A DNA stretch of 41,779 nt, taken from the IMG/VR virus record IMGVR_UViG_2721755647_000004, one strand, 5' to 3'. The notes beneath the pieces are model-generated. The model ran no database searches, was not told the origin of the DNA, and was given only the letters and a program-made list of their open reading frames with translations. The translations under genes were made by a program, and so were the position numbers. The stretch is from a virus (lineage: Duplodnaviria; Heunggongvirae; Uroviricota; Caudoviricetes). Positions 26,969 to 36,542 of the stretch are shown piece after piece. Position 1 is the stretch's first letter. Each line of letters starts with the position of its first letter.

Positions 26969-27394
26969 AAGCTGTGTGACGAAGTAACCACTCTTAACAG
27001 CATAACCAATTTTTTACGTACGTAAACTACTAAATGATATTTGTGAGAATGCCACCGAGTGTTCAAAACACCACCACAAATGCATAAGAAAACTTCAACA
27101 AATAACCAGTTAATAATTTCCGATGTTATTTTTAGTTTGTTTAAATTAAGCTAAAGAATTATAGAGCACTTATAAATAAGTGCCATTAATATAAATTAGC
27201 TAATAGATTTATTTTTGTTCAGACAAGAGCCATGAATAGGATTAGATAGAAAAGGTTCCGATAAAAATAGAGATCTACTTCACAAATTAAATGAGAAACT
27301 AAAACTTACATCTTGAAATAATCACATTGATTAGATGAATATTTATCGCGCAGTGACATCATTTTTTAATAATAGTTCAAAAAAAGGGCGTACA

Positions 27395-28477
27395 ATGAAA
27401 AAATTAACAGTGGCAATTTCTGCTGTAGCTGCATCAGTACTGATGGCGATGTCTGCTCAGGCAGCTGAAATTTATAATAAAGACAGTAACAAGCTGGATC
27501 TATACGGGAAAGTTAATGCCAAGCACTACTTCTCCTCTAATGATGCAGATGATGGTGATACTACTTATGCCCGTCTTGGCTTCAAAGGTGAAACCCAAAT
27601 CAACGATCAACTGACTGGTTTCGGTCAGTGGGAATATGAATTCAAAGGCAACCGTGCTGAATCTCAAGGTTCTTCCAAAGACAAAACCCGTCTTGCATTT
27701 GCAGGCCTGAAATTTGGTGATTACGGCTCAATCGATTACGGCCGTAACTACGGTGTAGCATACGACATCGGTGCGTGGACTGACGTTCTGCCAGAATTCG
27801 GTGGTGATACCTGGACCCAAACAGATGTGTTCATGACTGGTCGCACTACTGGTGTTGCAACTTATCGTAACAACGACTTCTTTGGTCTGGTCGATGGCCT
27901 GAACTTTGCTGCTCAGTATCAGGGTAAAAATGACCGCACTGACGTAACTGAAGCCAATGGTGATGGTTTCGGTTTCTCCACTACTTATGAGTATGAAGGA
28001 TTCGGCGTGGGTGCAACCTATGCTAAATCAGATCGCACTGACGGTCAGGTCGCCTATGGTAAGAGCAAATTCAATGCCTCCGGCAAAAATGCGGAAGTAT
28101 GGGCTGCAGGCCTGAAATATGATGCGAACAATATCTATCTGGCTACCACATATTCTGAAACTCAGAATATGACCGTTTTTGGTAATAACCATATTGCAAA
28201 CAAAGCACAAAACTTTGAAGCAGTAGCACAATATCAGTTTGACTTCGGTCTGCGTCCATCTGTTGCTTACCTTCAGTCAAAAGGTAAAGACCTTGGTGTT
28301 CATGGTGACCGAGACTTAGTCAAGTATGTCGATGTCGGTGCTACTTACTACTTTAATAAAAACATGTCCACTTTTGTTGATTACAAAATCAACTTAATTG
28401 ACGATAGTAAGTTTACCAAAACAGCTGGTATTGATACCGACGACATCGTCGCTGTAGGTCTGGTTTATCAGTTCTAA
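27395..28477 (+). CDS. nmpC: outer-membrane general porin, phage-borne NmpC/Lc (OmpC/OmpF family)
   Basis: [23 protein letters not shown] signal peptide, [24 protein letters not shown] and C-terminal ...VAVGLVYQF porin signatures; AAAGGG Shine-Dalgarno upstream; between Q and S as in DLP12 and PA-2. Confidence 0.9.
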   Translation: MKKLTVAISAVAASVLMAMSAQAAEIYNKDSNKLDLYGKVNAKHYFSSNDADDGDTTYARLGFKGETQINDQLTGFGQWEYEFKGNRAESQGSSKDKTRLAFAGLKFGDYGSIDYGRNYGVAYDIGAWTDVLPEFGGDTWTQTDVFMTGRTTGVATYRNNDFFGLVDGLNFAAQYQGKNDRTDVTEANGDGFGFSTTYEYEGFGVGATYAKSDRTDGQVAYGKSKFNASGKNAEVWAAGLKYDANNIYLATTYSETQNMTVFGNNHIANKAQNFEAVAQYQFDFGLRPSVAYLQSKGKDLGVHGDRDLVKYVDVGATYYFNKNMSTFVDYKINLIDDSKFTKTAGIDTDDIVAVGLVYQF

Positions 28478-28610
28478 TCTGACTTACGAAAAAGATATGT
28501 TGCGGGAGGCTTTGCCTCCGCAACATATAAGTGGAGCCCTCAAGCCACTTCCTTTAGAAGCACTACCTTGCTTCTTACTATATAAACCTTCTGTTATATA
28601 TTACCCTTTA

Positions 28611-28641
28611 TTTTGGGGGCGTTTCCACGCCCCATTTTTAA
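28611..28641 (+). terminator. rho-independent terminator downstream of nmpC
   Basis: Hairpin ggggcg/cgcccc (28616..28634) followed by attttta. A second GC hairpin gttgcgggaggc-tttg-cctccgcaac lies at 28499..28524. Confidence 0.5.
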
Positions 28642-28665
28642 TAACTTTTAGTAAACAATTGCATA

Positions 28666-29064
28666 TCAATTAGAATTATTAGCAACGATATCCATATCTA
28701 ACCGGATATCTAATGCCATTAACATCCCTTCAATTATGCCCTCAGCCTTCTGTAACCTTTTCCCGATATAACCATCCGAGCAGCAATGCTTACTTGCCAG
28801 TGACATGAATGTCATACCACATACATAATAATCTACTAATAAATCGTGTAAATCGCTGTTGTTCTTTTTCAGACGGGCCATGCACCCGCAAATGATCATC
28901 GCGTCATCGTCACAACATTGCGGGCGAGATTTTACTTTTGAAGGAATTAATCCCTTAAAACCGGCGGCAATGGACGACCAGGTCACATCTTCATGATTAT
29001 TAGCCGCCCACGCACCCCAACGCTCAAGAACCATCTGAATATCACGCATCAACTTACTCCACAA
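28666..29064 (-). CDS. Q: late-gene antiterminator Q (phage 82 / DLP12 QuuD type)
   Basis: ...[75 protein letters not shown]... recalled as DLP12 QuuD-like; the true start may be the internal Met at 29049. Confidence 0.8.
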   Translation of the reverse strand: MWSKLMRDIQMVLERWGAWAANNHEDVTWSSIAAGFKGLIPSKVKSRPQCCDDDAMIICGCMARLKKNNSDLHDLLVDYYVCGMTFMSLASKHCCSDGYIGKRLQKAEGIIEGMLMALDIRLDMDIVANNSN

Positions 29065-29271
29065 AAATCAGACCAGAACGCCAATTACAAGCAAAAATCA
29101 ACAAAACAGTATTAGTTGATTGTTATCTCTGACTTCATACTCCTGTTCCTGTCAGGGTTTTGGCGTAATTCTTCAGTATTCGGTAATCGGTCAAAACAGA
29201 ACCGGGGAAACGATATAAGCGCAGACGCCCCCAGCGGTGGCGAAGAAGTTCTGCCATATTAAACTCAAACA

Positions 29272-29634
29272 TCATTCATTCCCCATTTCGGTGATGGTCA
29301 GTTCCAGCCTCCCACCTTTGGTAACAGGCATCTTCACAACGCGGTAATCAACGACCTGAGCATCATCCAGCCAGAAACCTGCTTTAGTGAGTGCGTCAAA
29401 AGCGGCTTTTTGCAGATTATCCAGGTCACGGCGACGGCGATCCGGCATGTGGCACTCAATGCGGATTTTCACAGGCATAGCCAGGCCGATATCCAGCATT
29501 GCGTTTTTAATGATTCGGGCGACGTTATCGCGGTATGCCTGCCCCTCTGCGCTGACGTGCGTGCGCCCGCGATTATGGCGGTAATAGCGATTATTGCTCG
29601 GAGGCCAGGGTAATGTGATGCTGTAGGTATTCAC
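29272..29634 (-). CDS. rusA: Holliday junction resolvase RusA
   Basis: 120 aa: [47 protein letters not shown]..., RusA family. Confidence 0.9.
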   Translation of the reverse strand: MNTYSITLPWPPSNNRYYRHNRGRTHVSAEGQAYRDNVARIIKNAMLDIGLAMPVKIRIECHMPDRRRRDLDNLQKAAFDALTKAGFWLDDAQVVDYRVVKMPVTKGGRLELTITEMGNE

Positions 29635-29921
29635 GCCTTAATAACCCCCTCTTTCAGCCACATAACCTGTGTTCTCGCCATACCTTCCAGCGCGCATTCT
29701 TTTGCATATGCAGCATCGACAAAATGTGTGCGGCGGTCGATTTCGTCGTGGCAGGCAGAACATGCAATGGTGGCAATCAGGTCTGGCGGTTTGGTACCGG
29801 TGCCGCACAATCCAGTCAGCCGGATATGTGCCAGTACAGACGTTTCAGGGTTGCCATTACATACGCCAGGGATTCTTACCTGGCATTCCCGACCACGCGC
29901 TGCTTTTCTCAAATCAGCCAT
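29631..29921 (-). CDS. ybcO: YbcO-like phage protein (Cys-rich, putative nuclease)
   Basis: Start at [47 protein letters not shown], 96 aa; the ORF track extends to 29960. Confidence 0.7.
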   Translation of the reverse strand: MADLRKAARGRECQVRIPGVCNGNPETSVLAHIRLTGLCGTGTKPPDLIATIACSACHDEIDRRTHFVDAAYAKECALEGMARTQVMWLKEGVIKA

Positions 29922-30083
29922 GACTCCTCCTTGCTGCCAGTCGCAACCATTTTTTATCAACCAGGCTGGCGGTATATCCGAGCAGTGTTGGTATTTCGGA
30001 TGGCTTCAGCTCAGGCTTACGCTTACGACGATTTGATACTCTGTAGATGTGTCCGTTCATGACACGAATAAGCGGTGTAGCCA

Positions 30084-30539
30084 TTACGCCTCCTGCTTGT
30101 CGCGGAGCAGCTGGAACTCGCAGCTCTGCGGAATAGTCAGGTGGCAGCCAATATTCACCGCCCAGGCTTCAACCTTACACAGGAAGACATACATCTCTCC
30201 GGTATCAAGATCGGAGGTATGGCGTAACGACTGGATAGTGGTGATATCACCGGTTACGACATCAACCAGGTCTTTGGTTTCATAACCGAGATATGTGTGT
30301 TTGAGAGCATCTTTTACCCAAGCTGGAGTGGCGAACGTTTTACCCCTGCTGATGAGGTATTCACTGATTTCGCTGTACCACATGTGGCTGAGTGCATTCT
30401 GGGAAAGACTGCGTCTCTCGCGCCACGGTTTAAGCACCATGCGAAAGCATTTGCCGTCTTCCAGATAAGTCTGGATCTGCTGACCGACAGCGGTGAAGTT
30501 ACCGCGATGTAATTTGATGCCATCTTGTGGGAGGTTCAC
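30084..30539 (-). CDS. NinB/YbcN-like protein of the nin region
   Basis: 151 aa in the ninB position downstream of P; recalled as DLP12 YbcN-like, not verified. Confidence 0.6.
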   Translation of the reverse strand: MNLPQDGIKLHRGNFTAVGQQIQTYLEDGKCFRMVLKPWRERRSLSQNALSHMWYSEISEYLISRGKTFATPAWVKDALKHTYLGYETKDLVDVVTGDITTIQSLRHTSDLDTGEMYVFLCKVEAWAVNIGCHLTIPQSCEFQLLRDKQEA

Positions 30540-30806
30540 GCTTCACCTCCGCAGAGATCAAACGCTGGATGCAAGACATCGCAGGTGCATTTCTGCATCT
30601 GTGACAAGGTGATGAGTTCAGATTGTGGTCGCATTTAAGTCCCCTTAAATGCGCAGAAGTCACCGGAGTTGTTCAGGCTCCGATGAGAGGATTATGGCGG
30701 ATTGATTACGATAAATCAAAACTATCTTGAAGCCAAAACAGTGATCTTCGCTTTAAAAACCTTGTATACTTTCACCTAATCACAGCCAGAACTATGGATC
30801 TAACCA

Positions 30807-31184
30807 ATGACCAACAAAGAAAACAAAGATAAATATATTAACAAGTTCAAGAAAGAGCTTTCAAAATATATACAACCAACTGCTGGAGTGGACATTCAAT
30901 TATTTAACTCTAAGGATGGTGGTGGTGTAATTAAAGCCACTTTGAATAGAAGTGGAAAAAGAAAATCATCTATTGCAGGTAATTTTACTAAATTAGGTGA
31001 GGCAATTACCTCGAGTGGGCAGAGGGTTTTTGGTGGTGATCTATCAAATGTAAATTTTTACGGAACAAATACGATTTTTGATGGAGATACAATATTTTTA
31101 ATTAAATCACCTGATTCAGAGGAGTGGTCATCACAAAAAGCTTCCAAAGACGTAGAGGGAATCGTATTTGGAGGGAAAAAATGA
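30807..31184 (+). CDS. hypothetical soluble protein, first gene of an AT-rich antisense two-gene module
   Basis: 125-aa Lys/Gly-rich ORF with no recognised domain; opposite strand to the flanking P and ninB genes; stop overlaps the next ATG (ATGA). Confidence 0.5.
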   Translation: MTNKENKDKYINKFKKELSKYIQPTAGVDIQLFNSKDGGGVIKATLNRSGKRKSSIAGNFTKLGEAITSSGQRVFGGDLSNVNFYGTNTIFDGDTIFLIKSPDSEEWSSQKASKDVEGIVFGGKK

Positions 31185-31609
31185 TTAACATTACTACTAA
31201 GGATGGCACTCAAGTCAGTGGTGAAGTAAGAGATCTAGTAATTCTTCTTGAAACTGATGGAAAAACGGTGTCTGATTATTTGCAGCCAATCCCTCCCAAA
31301 AAAGATACACACTGGAGCATGATTTTCATTCCGGTAGCAATTTATATACTACTTAATCTTGTATACATTATTGCTCACCCATTATTTCCTGAAAAATATC
31401 TAAAAACATCAACATCTATATTTCTATTCATTTCCTTCATATTAAGTGCAATAGTAGCATATTTTGTTTTCCATAAGCATAAATCTGCCACTCTATCCAT
31501 ATGCAGCTTAGTGTTCTTAGTGTTAATTGTAGGTGCTAACGTAGGGTTTATCAGTTACAGCGACCTAACACAAAAAGCGACGCAAAAATTAGATAGTTTG
31601 TCTAAATAA
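31181..31609 (+). CDS. hypothetical membrane protein (about three predicted TM helices), second gene of the module
   Basis: ATG at 31181 with GGAGGG Shine-Dalgarno six nt upstream. Short soluble N-terminus, then WSMIFIPVAIYILLNLVYIIA, SIFLFISFILSAIVAYFVF and LSICSLVFLVLIVGANVGFI. Confidence 0.55.
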   Translation: MINITTKDGTQVSGEVRDLVILLETDGKTVSDYLQPIPPKKDTHWSMIFIPVAIYILLNLVYIIAHPLFPEKYLKTSTSIFLFISFILSAIVAYFVFHKHKSATLSICSLVFLVLIVGANVGFISYSDLTQKATQKLDSLSK

Positions 31610-31687
31610 TTATGTTGCCATGCGAAGTATGCATGGCTGCATGTCTGCCTTCCATTTAAAATGGGCTAAGACCTATAACCCTAAATA

Positions 31688-32401
31688 TTATTCTTTATTA
31701 TCTTCTTTACCACTTCGCACCATCCCGTTCGACTTGTTGCGGTTGTACTTCGCCTGAAGCAGCTGGATTGGCGTCGGGCCATGCTCGGCAGCCGGTGCTG
31801 CAATCGCCCGGCGCACAGGCGGTACTGGTTTGCCCTCGGTGACGCGCCTCTCCCACATGTCCAGCAGATCGCCGGCTTCACGCGCCAGCTCACCATGCGT
31901 TAACTGGCGCTCTGTGCTGCGGTGGCGCAGTTCGACGCAGATGTGGTACATGACAGGCTGTGACCACGGGAAATGCTCGCTGGAAGTGAATTCGAAGGAA
32001 CGATTACGCCAATCCCAGTATTCGGTTATGACTTGGTCAACAGTGATACCTAACGCCCCGCCACTCTGCTTACACCACGCTACGAACTGGCCGGGCGACG
32101 GCAGGAATGGTCGCTCCTGTCGGCGGGCCACGCGCATTCCGGCGTTAACCTGCTCCATAGTGGTAATTCCATTTTCACGGAAAGCCATAACCCACTGACG
32201 GCGGATTTCGTTCAGCTCGTTCTGGTCGCGGTTCGCGAGGCTTGCCGGAAATGTCGCAAGCAGCTGGCTGAACACACCGTTGATGATCTGCGCCACCTGC
32301 TGCACCTGCGGCTTTTCGTCGTATTGTTCCGGCATGTTGTTGGCGATTCGACGCATCTGCTCACGGTCAAAGTTAATCATCTGCGCGGCAATATTTTTCA
32401 T
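31688..32401 (-). CDS. P: replication protein P (helicase loader)
   Basis: N-terminal ~110 aa MKNIAAQMINFDREQMRRIANNMPEQYDEKPQVQQVAQIINGVFSQLLATFPASLANRDQNE... match lambda P; the C-terminal half is divergent. Confidence 0.85.
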   Translation of the reverse strand: MKNIAAQMINFDREQMRRIANNMPEQYDEKPQVQQVAQIINGVFSQLLATFPASLANRDQNELNEIRRQWVMAFRENGITTMEQVNAGMRVARRQERPFLPSPGQFVAWCKQSGGALGITVDQVITEYWDWRNRSFEFTSSEHFPWSQPVMYHICVELRHRSTERQLTHGELAREAGDLLDMWERRVTEGKPVPPVRRAIAAPAAEHGPTPIQLLQAKYNRNKSNGMVRSGKEDNKE

Positions 32402-33417
32402 AGCTCCACCCCGTAAATCCAGTCAGTGTTTGTCAGGTCGAGTTTTGGTTTGCTGGCAGTCACACCAGCCTGTTGCTTGTTGCGGTTAATTTCGAGCTGA
32501 GTCCACTTGTCGCGGAGTTTTGCTGGACTCAGCACGTTACCGGACCAGAAGTTGTCCTGGCAGGCCCAGCGGAACAGAACGCACATGTCGCGATGGTTAC
32601 GCCCGTCACGCTCACGCATCAGGCGGATGTCGTTGGCCCACCCTGCAAAATTCGGTTTTCTGGCTGATGGCGCGATGGTCTTCACCATGTCAAACATCCA
32701 CTCTGCGGCGGTCAGGTCTTCTGCTGTCCCCCACTTGCTGCCGCTCTGAATTGCAGCATCCGGTTTCACCACAGGAAGATCGTTTTCTGGCTGGTCAGAG
32801 GATTCGCCAGAATTCTCGGACGAAAAAGGTTTTATATTGTCTTTTGTTAGTTTGTCTTTTGTGTTTACCTGATTCGGGTAAACGTCTTTACCTGATTTGG
32901 GTAAACTTTTCTTACCTGATTCAGGTAAATTTACCTCTTTCAGGTAAACTTTATTTTTCTTACCTGATTCGGGTAATGTTGACCATTCACTGACCACATT
33001 ATTAATGCCGATATTCCGCCCGCTCTGAATAAAAATCCCACGCTTTACCAGAACACTTTTTGCAGCAGAACACTTGTGCGGCAATATCCCGGTCAACTCG
33101 GAAAGTTGCTCGTTGCTCACCCAATCCAGTTTTTTATTAAAGCCATATGTTTTGCGCATGACAGCCAGGAAGACCAGAAGCTGGTGCTGTGTTAATCCGG
33201 CCAGCATCACAGCTTCCAGCAACTCATTTGCAATGCGCGTATAACCATCATCGAGATCTGCCACGCGCGGCTCCTTTTGTGCCACATCCGGCACTGGAAA
33301 ATTGAATATCTCAGCAGTGTTTGCCATAATTCCTCCCGCAATGAGTGTGTTACGATTTGCACCTGAAAGTCGGTTCTGTTCGCGCAGACCGGCTTTCGCC
33401 ATTTCTGAACCTGTCAT
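32398..33417 (-). CDS. O: replication initiator protein O
   Basis: 339 aa immediately upstream of P with the start overlapping the preceding gene; the replication origin iterons lie inside it (peptide repeats LPESGKK). Confidence 0.8.
   Translation of the reverse strand: MTGSEMAKAGLREQNRLSGANRNTLIAGGIMANTAEIFNFPVPDVAQKEPRVADLDDGYTRIANELLEAVMLAGLTQHQLLVFLAVMRKTYGFNKKLDWVSNEQLSELTGILPHKCSAAKSVLVKRGIFIQSGRNIGINNVVSEWSTLPESGKKNKVYLKEVNLPESGKKSLPKSGKDVYPNQVNTKDKLTKDNIKPFSSENSGESSDQPENDLPVVKPDAAIQSGSKWGTAEDLTAAEWMFDMVKTIAPSARKPNFAGWANDIRLMRERDGRNHRDMCVLFRWACQDNFWSGNVLSPAKLRDKWTQLEINRNKQQAGVTASKPKLDLTNTDWIYGVEL
32866..32976. repeat. ori iterons: five 18-bp repeats TTACCTGATTCGGGTAAA (variants) inside O
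   Basis: Copies at 32866, 32888, 32912, 32931 and 32960; each has inverted TTACC / GGTAA ends; flanked by an AT-rich stretch. Confidence 0.85.
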
Positions 33418-33959
33418 ATTGCCCCCAGCATGGTGGTGACCATCGCCATCAATGGACCAGCCAGATCCGGGTCCACACGAAACATCGACACAATGCCTTC
33501 ACTCATCTCCTTCAGTTTCTGGTGGCGTGGTGCGTTGAGAATGACAGCCTGTTTTGCCTCACTGAGTTCCTTTTCCATTTCAGCCAGCCGAGCCATGTAG
33601 CTATCCTGCTCAACCAGGTGGCCGCGATATTCCAGCGGTAGTACCGCCAGAATTGCCGGGGTCAGTTCACGCACGTTATTTCGGTATTTTTCAGAATCGA
33701 ATTTGTTATCGAGAAAGCGGAACAGCTTCTGGCGTGCACGGCTGACATCATCAGGGAAATCGATGGTGCCGCCGCCCTGCTCCCGATACTCATTCACAAT
33801 GAGTGCGGCAACAACATCCTGATTATCTGCAGCCGACCAGGCGCGAACGGCATCACGGATTTTTTCGTGGCCTGGCGCCTGTTTTGTTTGAGAACGATTT
33901 ATCACCGCAGTCGGGCTAAATCCGCTAGTCTGTTGGTATGTAAGTGGTTGCATAGTCAT
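33414..33959 (-). CDS. hypothetical protein in the cII position (possibly YdaT/CII-like)
   Basis: 181-aa ORF between cro and O with ATGA overlap onto O; not lambda CII (97 aa). The family assignment is from uncertain memory. Confidence 0.45.
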   Translation of the reverse strand: MTMQPLTYQQTSGFSPTAVINRSQTKQAPGHEKIRDAVRAWSAADNQDVVAALIVNEYREQGGGTIDFPDDVSRARQKLFRFLDNKFDSEKYRNNVRELTPAILAVLPLEYRGHLVEQDSYMARLAEMEKELSEAKQAVILNAPRHQKLKEMSEGIVSMFRVDPDLAGPLMAMVTTMLGAI

Positions 33960-33983
33960 TGCCTTATCAGTTAACGCCGCAGT

Positions 33984-34210
33984 TTAGGCGGCAGAATTAC
34001 TCGCGTTAAACAATGGTGCGAGGTCGGGACGAATATCTGCTGGTTTAATCTTTCCACCAGTGGCTGAGACAATTTTCATTACATAGCGGGCATCAATTCC
34101 GCCACCGTGTAGCCAACGCCAAACTGTGGGTTGGGCTACACCGCATAGATCTGCCAGTCGTTTTTGACTACCTGTAATACTGATTGCGAGTTGAATGGTT
34201 TGATTTGTCA
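33984..34210 (-). CDS. cro: Cro-like repressor (HTH)
   Basis: MTNQTIQLAISITGSQKRLADLCGVAQPTVWRWL...; divergent from cI across an operator region. Confidence 0.8.
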
Positions 34211-34321
34211 TTATCAATTCCTATTGGTATTGCAATGAATAAATAATAGCAATGCGTATTAATCCAAGCAATAGCAAAACGTGTTTTGACCATCAATACG
34301 CAAGCGTATAAATTAAAACTT
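34211..34321. promoter_or_regulatory. immunity-region right operator and pR/pRM region between cro and cI
   Basis: AT-rich divergent intergenic region with the AATAGCAA motif at 34245 and 34270 (25 bp apart); the same motif recurs at the putative left operator. Confidence 0.55.
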
Positions 34322-35014
34322 ATGAAAAAAGAAACTCTTGCTGATCGCTTAAACCTAGCGATGGAACAATCTGGAATGTCTCAAGGCGCTCTTGCAAAGG
34401 CGTCTGGCGTAGCTCAACCCACAATCTGGAGACTGACAAGCGGCAACGCGCGCGGCTCAACAAAAATTGTTGAAATAGCTAATGCATTGGGTGTTCGAAC
34501 AGAATGGCTCTCATCAGGCATAGGCCCGATGAGAAATGACGGTCAACAATCAGGGAAGCCTGCTGTCAGCTATTCCAAATACTTTAAAATTGACGTTCTT
34601 GATATAGAAGTGAGTGCCGGGCCGGGAGTCATCAACCGTGAGTTTGTAGAAGTTCTACGCTCGGTTGAGTACTCGTTTGACGATGCTCGTCACATGTTCG
34701 ATGGTAGGAAGGCAGAAAATATCCGCATCATTAACGTACGCGGTGACAGCATGTCAGGAACGATTGAACCTGGTGATCTTCTATTCGTTGATATCACGGT
34801 TAAATCTTTCGACGGTGATGGTATCTATGCGTTTCTGTACGACGACACAGCCCATGTAAAGCGCCTGCAAATGATGAAGGATAAGCTGCTGGTTATCTCT
34901 GATAACAAAAGCTACTCACCGTGGGACCCGATCGAGAAAGATGAGATGAACCGGGTATTTATCTTCGGGAAAGTTATTGGGAGCATGCCGCAGACGTATA
35001 GGAAGCATGGATAG
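34322..35014 (+). CDS. cI: CI-like prophage repressor (HTH_XRE plus S24 LexA-like peptidase domain)
   Basis: MKKETLADRLNLAMEQSGMSQGALAKASGVAQPTIWRL HTH; C-terminal RGDSMSGTIEPGDLLFVD ... KRL catalytic Ser/Lys motifs. An alternative TTG start lies at 34286. Confidence 0.9.
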   Translation: MKKETLADRLNLAMEQSGMSQGALAKASGVAQPTIWRLTSGNARGSTKIVEIANALGVRTEWLSSGIGPMRNDGQQSGKPAVSYSKYFKIDVLDIEVSAGPGVINREFVEVLRSVEYSFDDARHMFDGRKAENIRIINVRGDSMSGTIEPGDLLFVDITVKSFDGDGIYAFLYDDTAHVKRLQMMKDKLLVISDNKSYSPWDPIEKDEMNRVFIFGKVIGSMPQTYRKHG

Positions 35015-35094
35015 TACCAATTAAAAATTATCAACCGGGCATTGTGCTCATTCAGTAAAACAACTTAATTATTCATTTTAGAATGGAGAACTTA

Positions 35095-36156
35095 ATGGAT
35101 ACTTTAAAATATGAGAAATTCTCTGATTTTGATCACAATGACCCATTTTTTGACTCTTTAAAAAAAGATTATAAAGAGTTTCCTCTTTGGTTAGAAAAAA
35201 AAGCCAGAGAAGGAGAATCAGCTTATGTGCTCTATGATGACAAGCATAAAATCGAAGGTTTTATGTATCTAAAAGAAAATGATGATGCAAATGACATTAA
35301 TCCAGCGCTCCCACCAGGACGTCATCTAAAGATAGGAACATTCAAATTTGAATCTAAAGGCACCCTTCGCGGACAACGATTTCTAAAAAAAGCGTTTGAC
35401 CATGCATTTTCATCAAAATCTGATGATATTTATGTTACTGTTTTCGACAAACACGTCCATCTAATAAAACTTTTCCAAACGTACGGATTTTACATTCATG
35501 GTGAAAAAGAAACACATAACGGGAAAGAGTTTGTATATGCGAGGTCTTTGCATGAGCCTTATGGTGATATTTTATTAGATTACCCTCGAATAATGACATC
35601 AAGGGCCAACAAATATTTACTGGCGATTTATCCCGAATATCACACTAGACTATTCCCTGATTCAAAACTTGTAAATGAATCACCAGATATTGTCAAAGAT
35701 ATATCCCATGCTAACAGCATTCATAAAATTTACATATGTGGAATGCGTTCTGTGATGGGAATGAAAAGAGGAGATATCATTGTCATCTATAGAACCGGAG
35801 ACAAAAAAGGGCCAGCTCGCTATCGTTCTGTAGCCAGTACATTATGTGTAGTTGAGAGCGTAAAAAATATTTCTGAATTTTTAAGCGAAGATAGTTTTGT
35901 AGACTATTGTATTCGTTTTAGCGTATTTTCTGAAGATGAACTCAGAAAAATCTATAAAGAACGTCGATACCCTTTCATTATAAGATTCACATACAATCTG
36001 TCTTTGCCAAAGAGACCCAATCGTGCTATTTTAATAGATCATGTGGGGCTAAATGGTTCGCGTGCATTCCGATGGAGTCACTTTAAACTCACAAATGAGC
36101 AGTTCTTAAAGATCATCGAGTTAGGCAAGATAAATGAAAGTTTTATTATCCATTAA
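35095..36156 (+). CDS. hypothetical protein, first gene of the rex-position cassette; N-terminal GNAT-like fold and C-terminal PUA/ASCH-like region suspected
   Basis: ATG at 35095 with GGAG six nt upstream; about 353 aa; AT-rich; 80 nt downstream of the cI stop on the same strand. Domain calls come from motif inspection only. Confidence 0.55.
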   Translation: MDTLKYEKFSDFDHNDPFFDSLKKDYKEFPLWLEKKAREGESAYVLYDDKHKIEGFMYLKENDDANDINPALPPGRHLKIGTFKFESKGTLRGQRFLKKAFDHAFSSKSDDIYVTVFDKHVHLIKLFQTYGFYIHGEKETHNGKEFVYARSLHEPYGDILLDYPRIMTSRANKYLLAIYPEYHTRLFPDSKLVNESPDIVKDISHANSIHKIYICGMRSVMGMKRGDIIVIYRTGDKKGPARYRSVASTLCVVESVKNISEFLSEDSFVDYCIRFSVFSEDELRKIYKERRYPFIIRFTYNLSLPKRPNRAILIDHVGLNGSRAFRWSHFKLTNEQFLKIIELGKINESFIIH

Positions 36157-36511
36157 GCCTGAGTTTGCAGAAAAAATATTGAACGGAACAAAGCGGTTCG
36201 AGTTTCGTAAAGGTATATTCAAAAATCCGCAAATTAGCACCGTTGTTATTTATGCCACGATGCCATTAGGTAAAGTTGTTGGTCAATTCCGTATTGAATC
36301 AATACTAAGTGACGAACCGGAATCTCTTTGGAAAAAGACGGAAAAGCACGCAGGTATTTCTAAGCAATTTTATGACTCATATTATTCAGGTAGAGAAAAG
36401 GCCTACGCAATAAAAATTGGTGAAGTGGAAAGATATAAAGAACCAATTCCTATCTCTGCTCTAGGTAGTAATATTAAGCCACCACAATCATATCTTTACC
36501 TACCTGCGTAA
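36134..36511 (+). CDS. ASCH-domain protein, second gene of the rex-position cassette
   Basis: 125 aa; N-terminal NGTKRFEFRKG fits the ASCH GxKxxExR motif; overlaps the preceding gene by 23 nt. Confidence 0.6.
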   Translation: MKVLLSIKPEFAEKILNGTKRFEFRKGIFKNPQISTVVIYATMPLGKVVGQFRIESILSDEPESLWKKTEKHAGISKQFYDSYYSGREKAYAIKIGEVERYKEPIPISALGSNIKPPQSYLYLPA

Positions 36512-36515
36512 GAAT

Positions 36516-36542
36516 CCCGGCCACCGTGCCGGGTTTTCTTTT
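36516..36542 (+). terminator. rho-independent terminator ending the cI-cassette transcription unit
   Basis: Stem cccggc/gccggg (36516..36521 and 36528..36533), loop caccgt, followed by ttttctttt. Confidence 0.7.

Noticed and set aside
29065-29271. Possible small gene between rusA and Q (ylcG-like)
   Set aside because: No ORF of convincing length or start signal found by eye; left unannotated.
32866-32976. Possible CRISPR-like array
   Set aside because: Five short repeats with inverted ends inside the O gene, no unique spacers of regular length and no cas genes; these are ori iterons.
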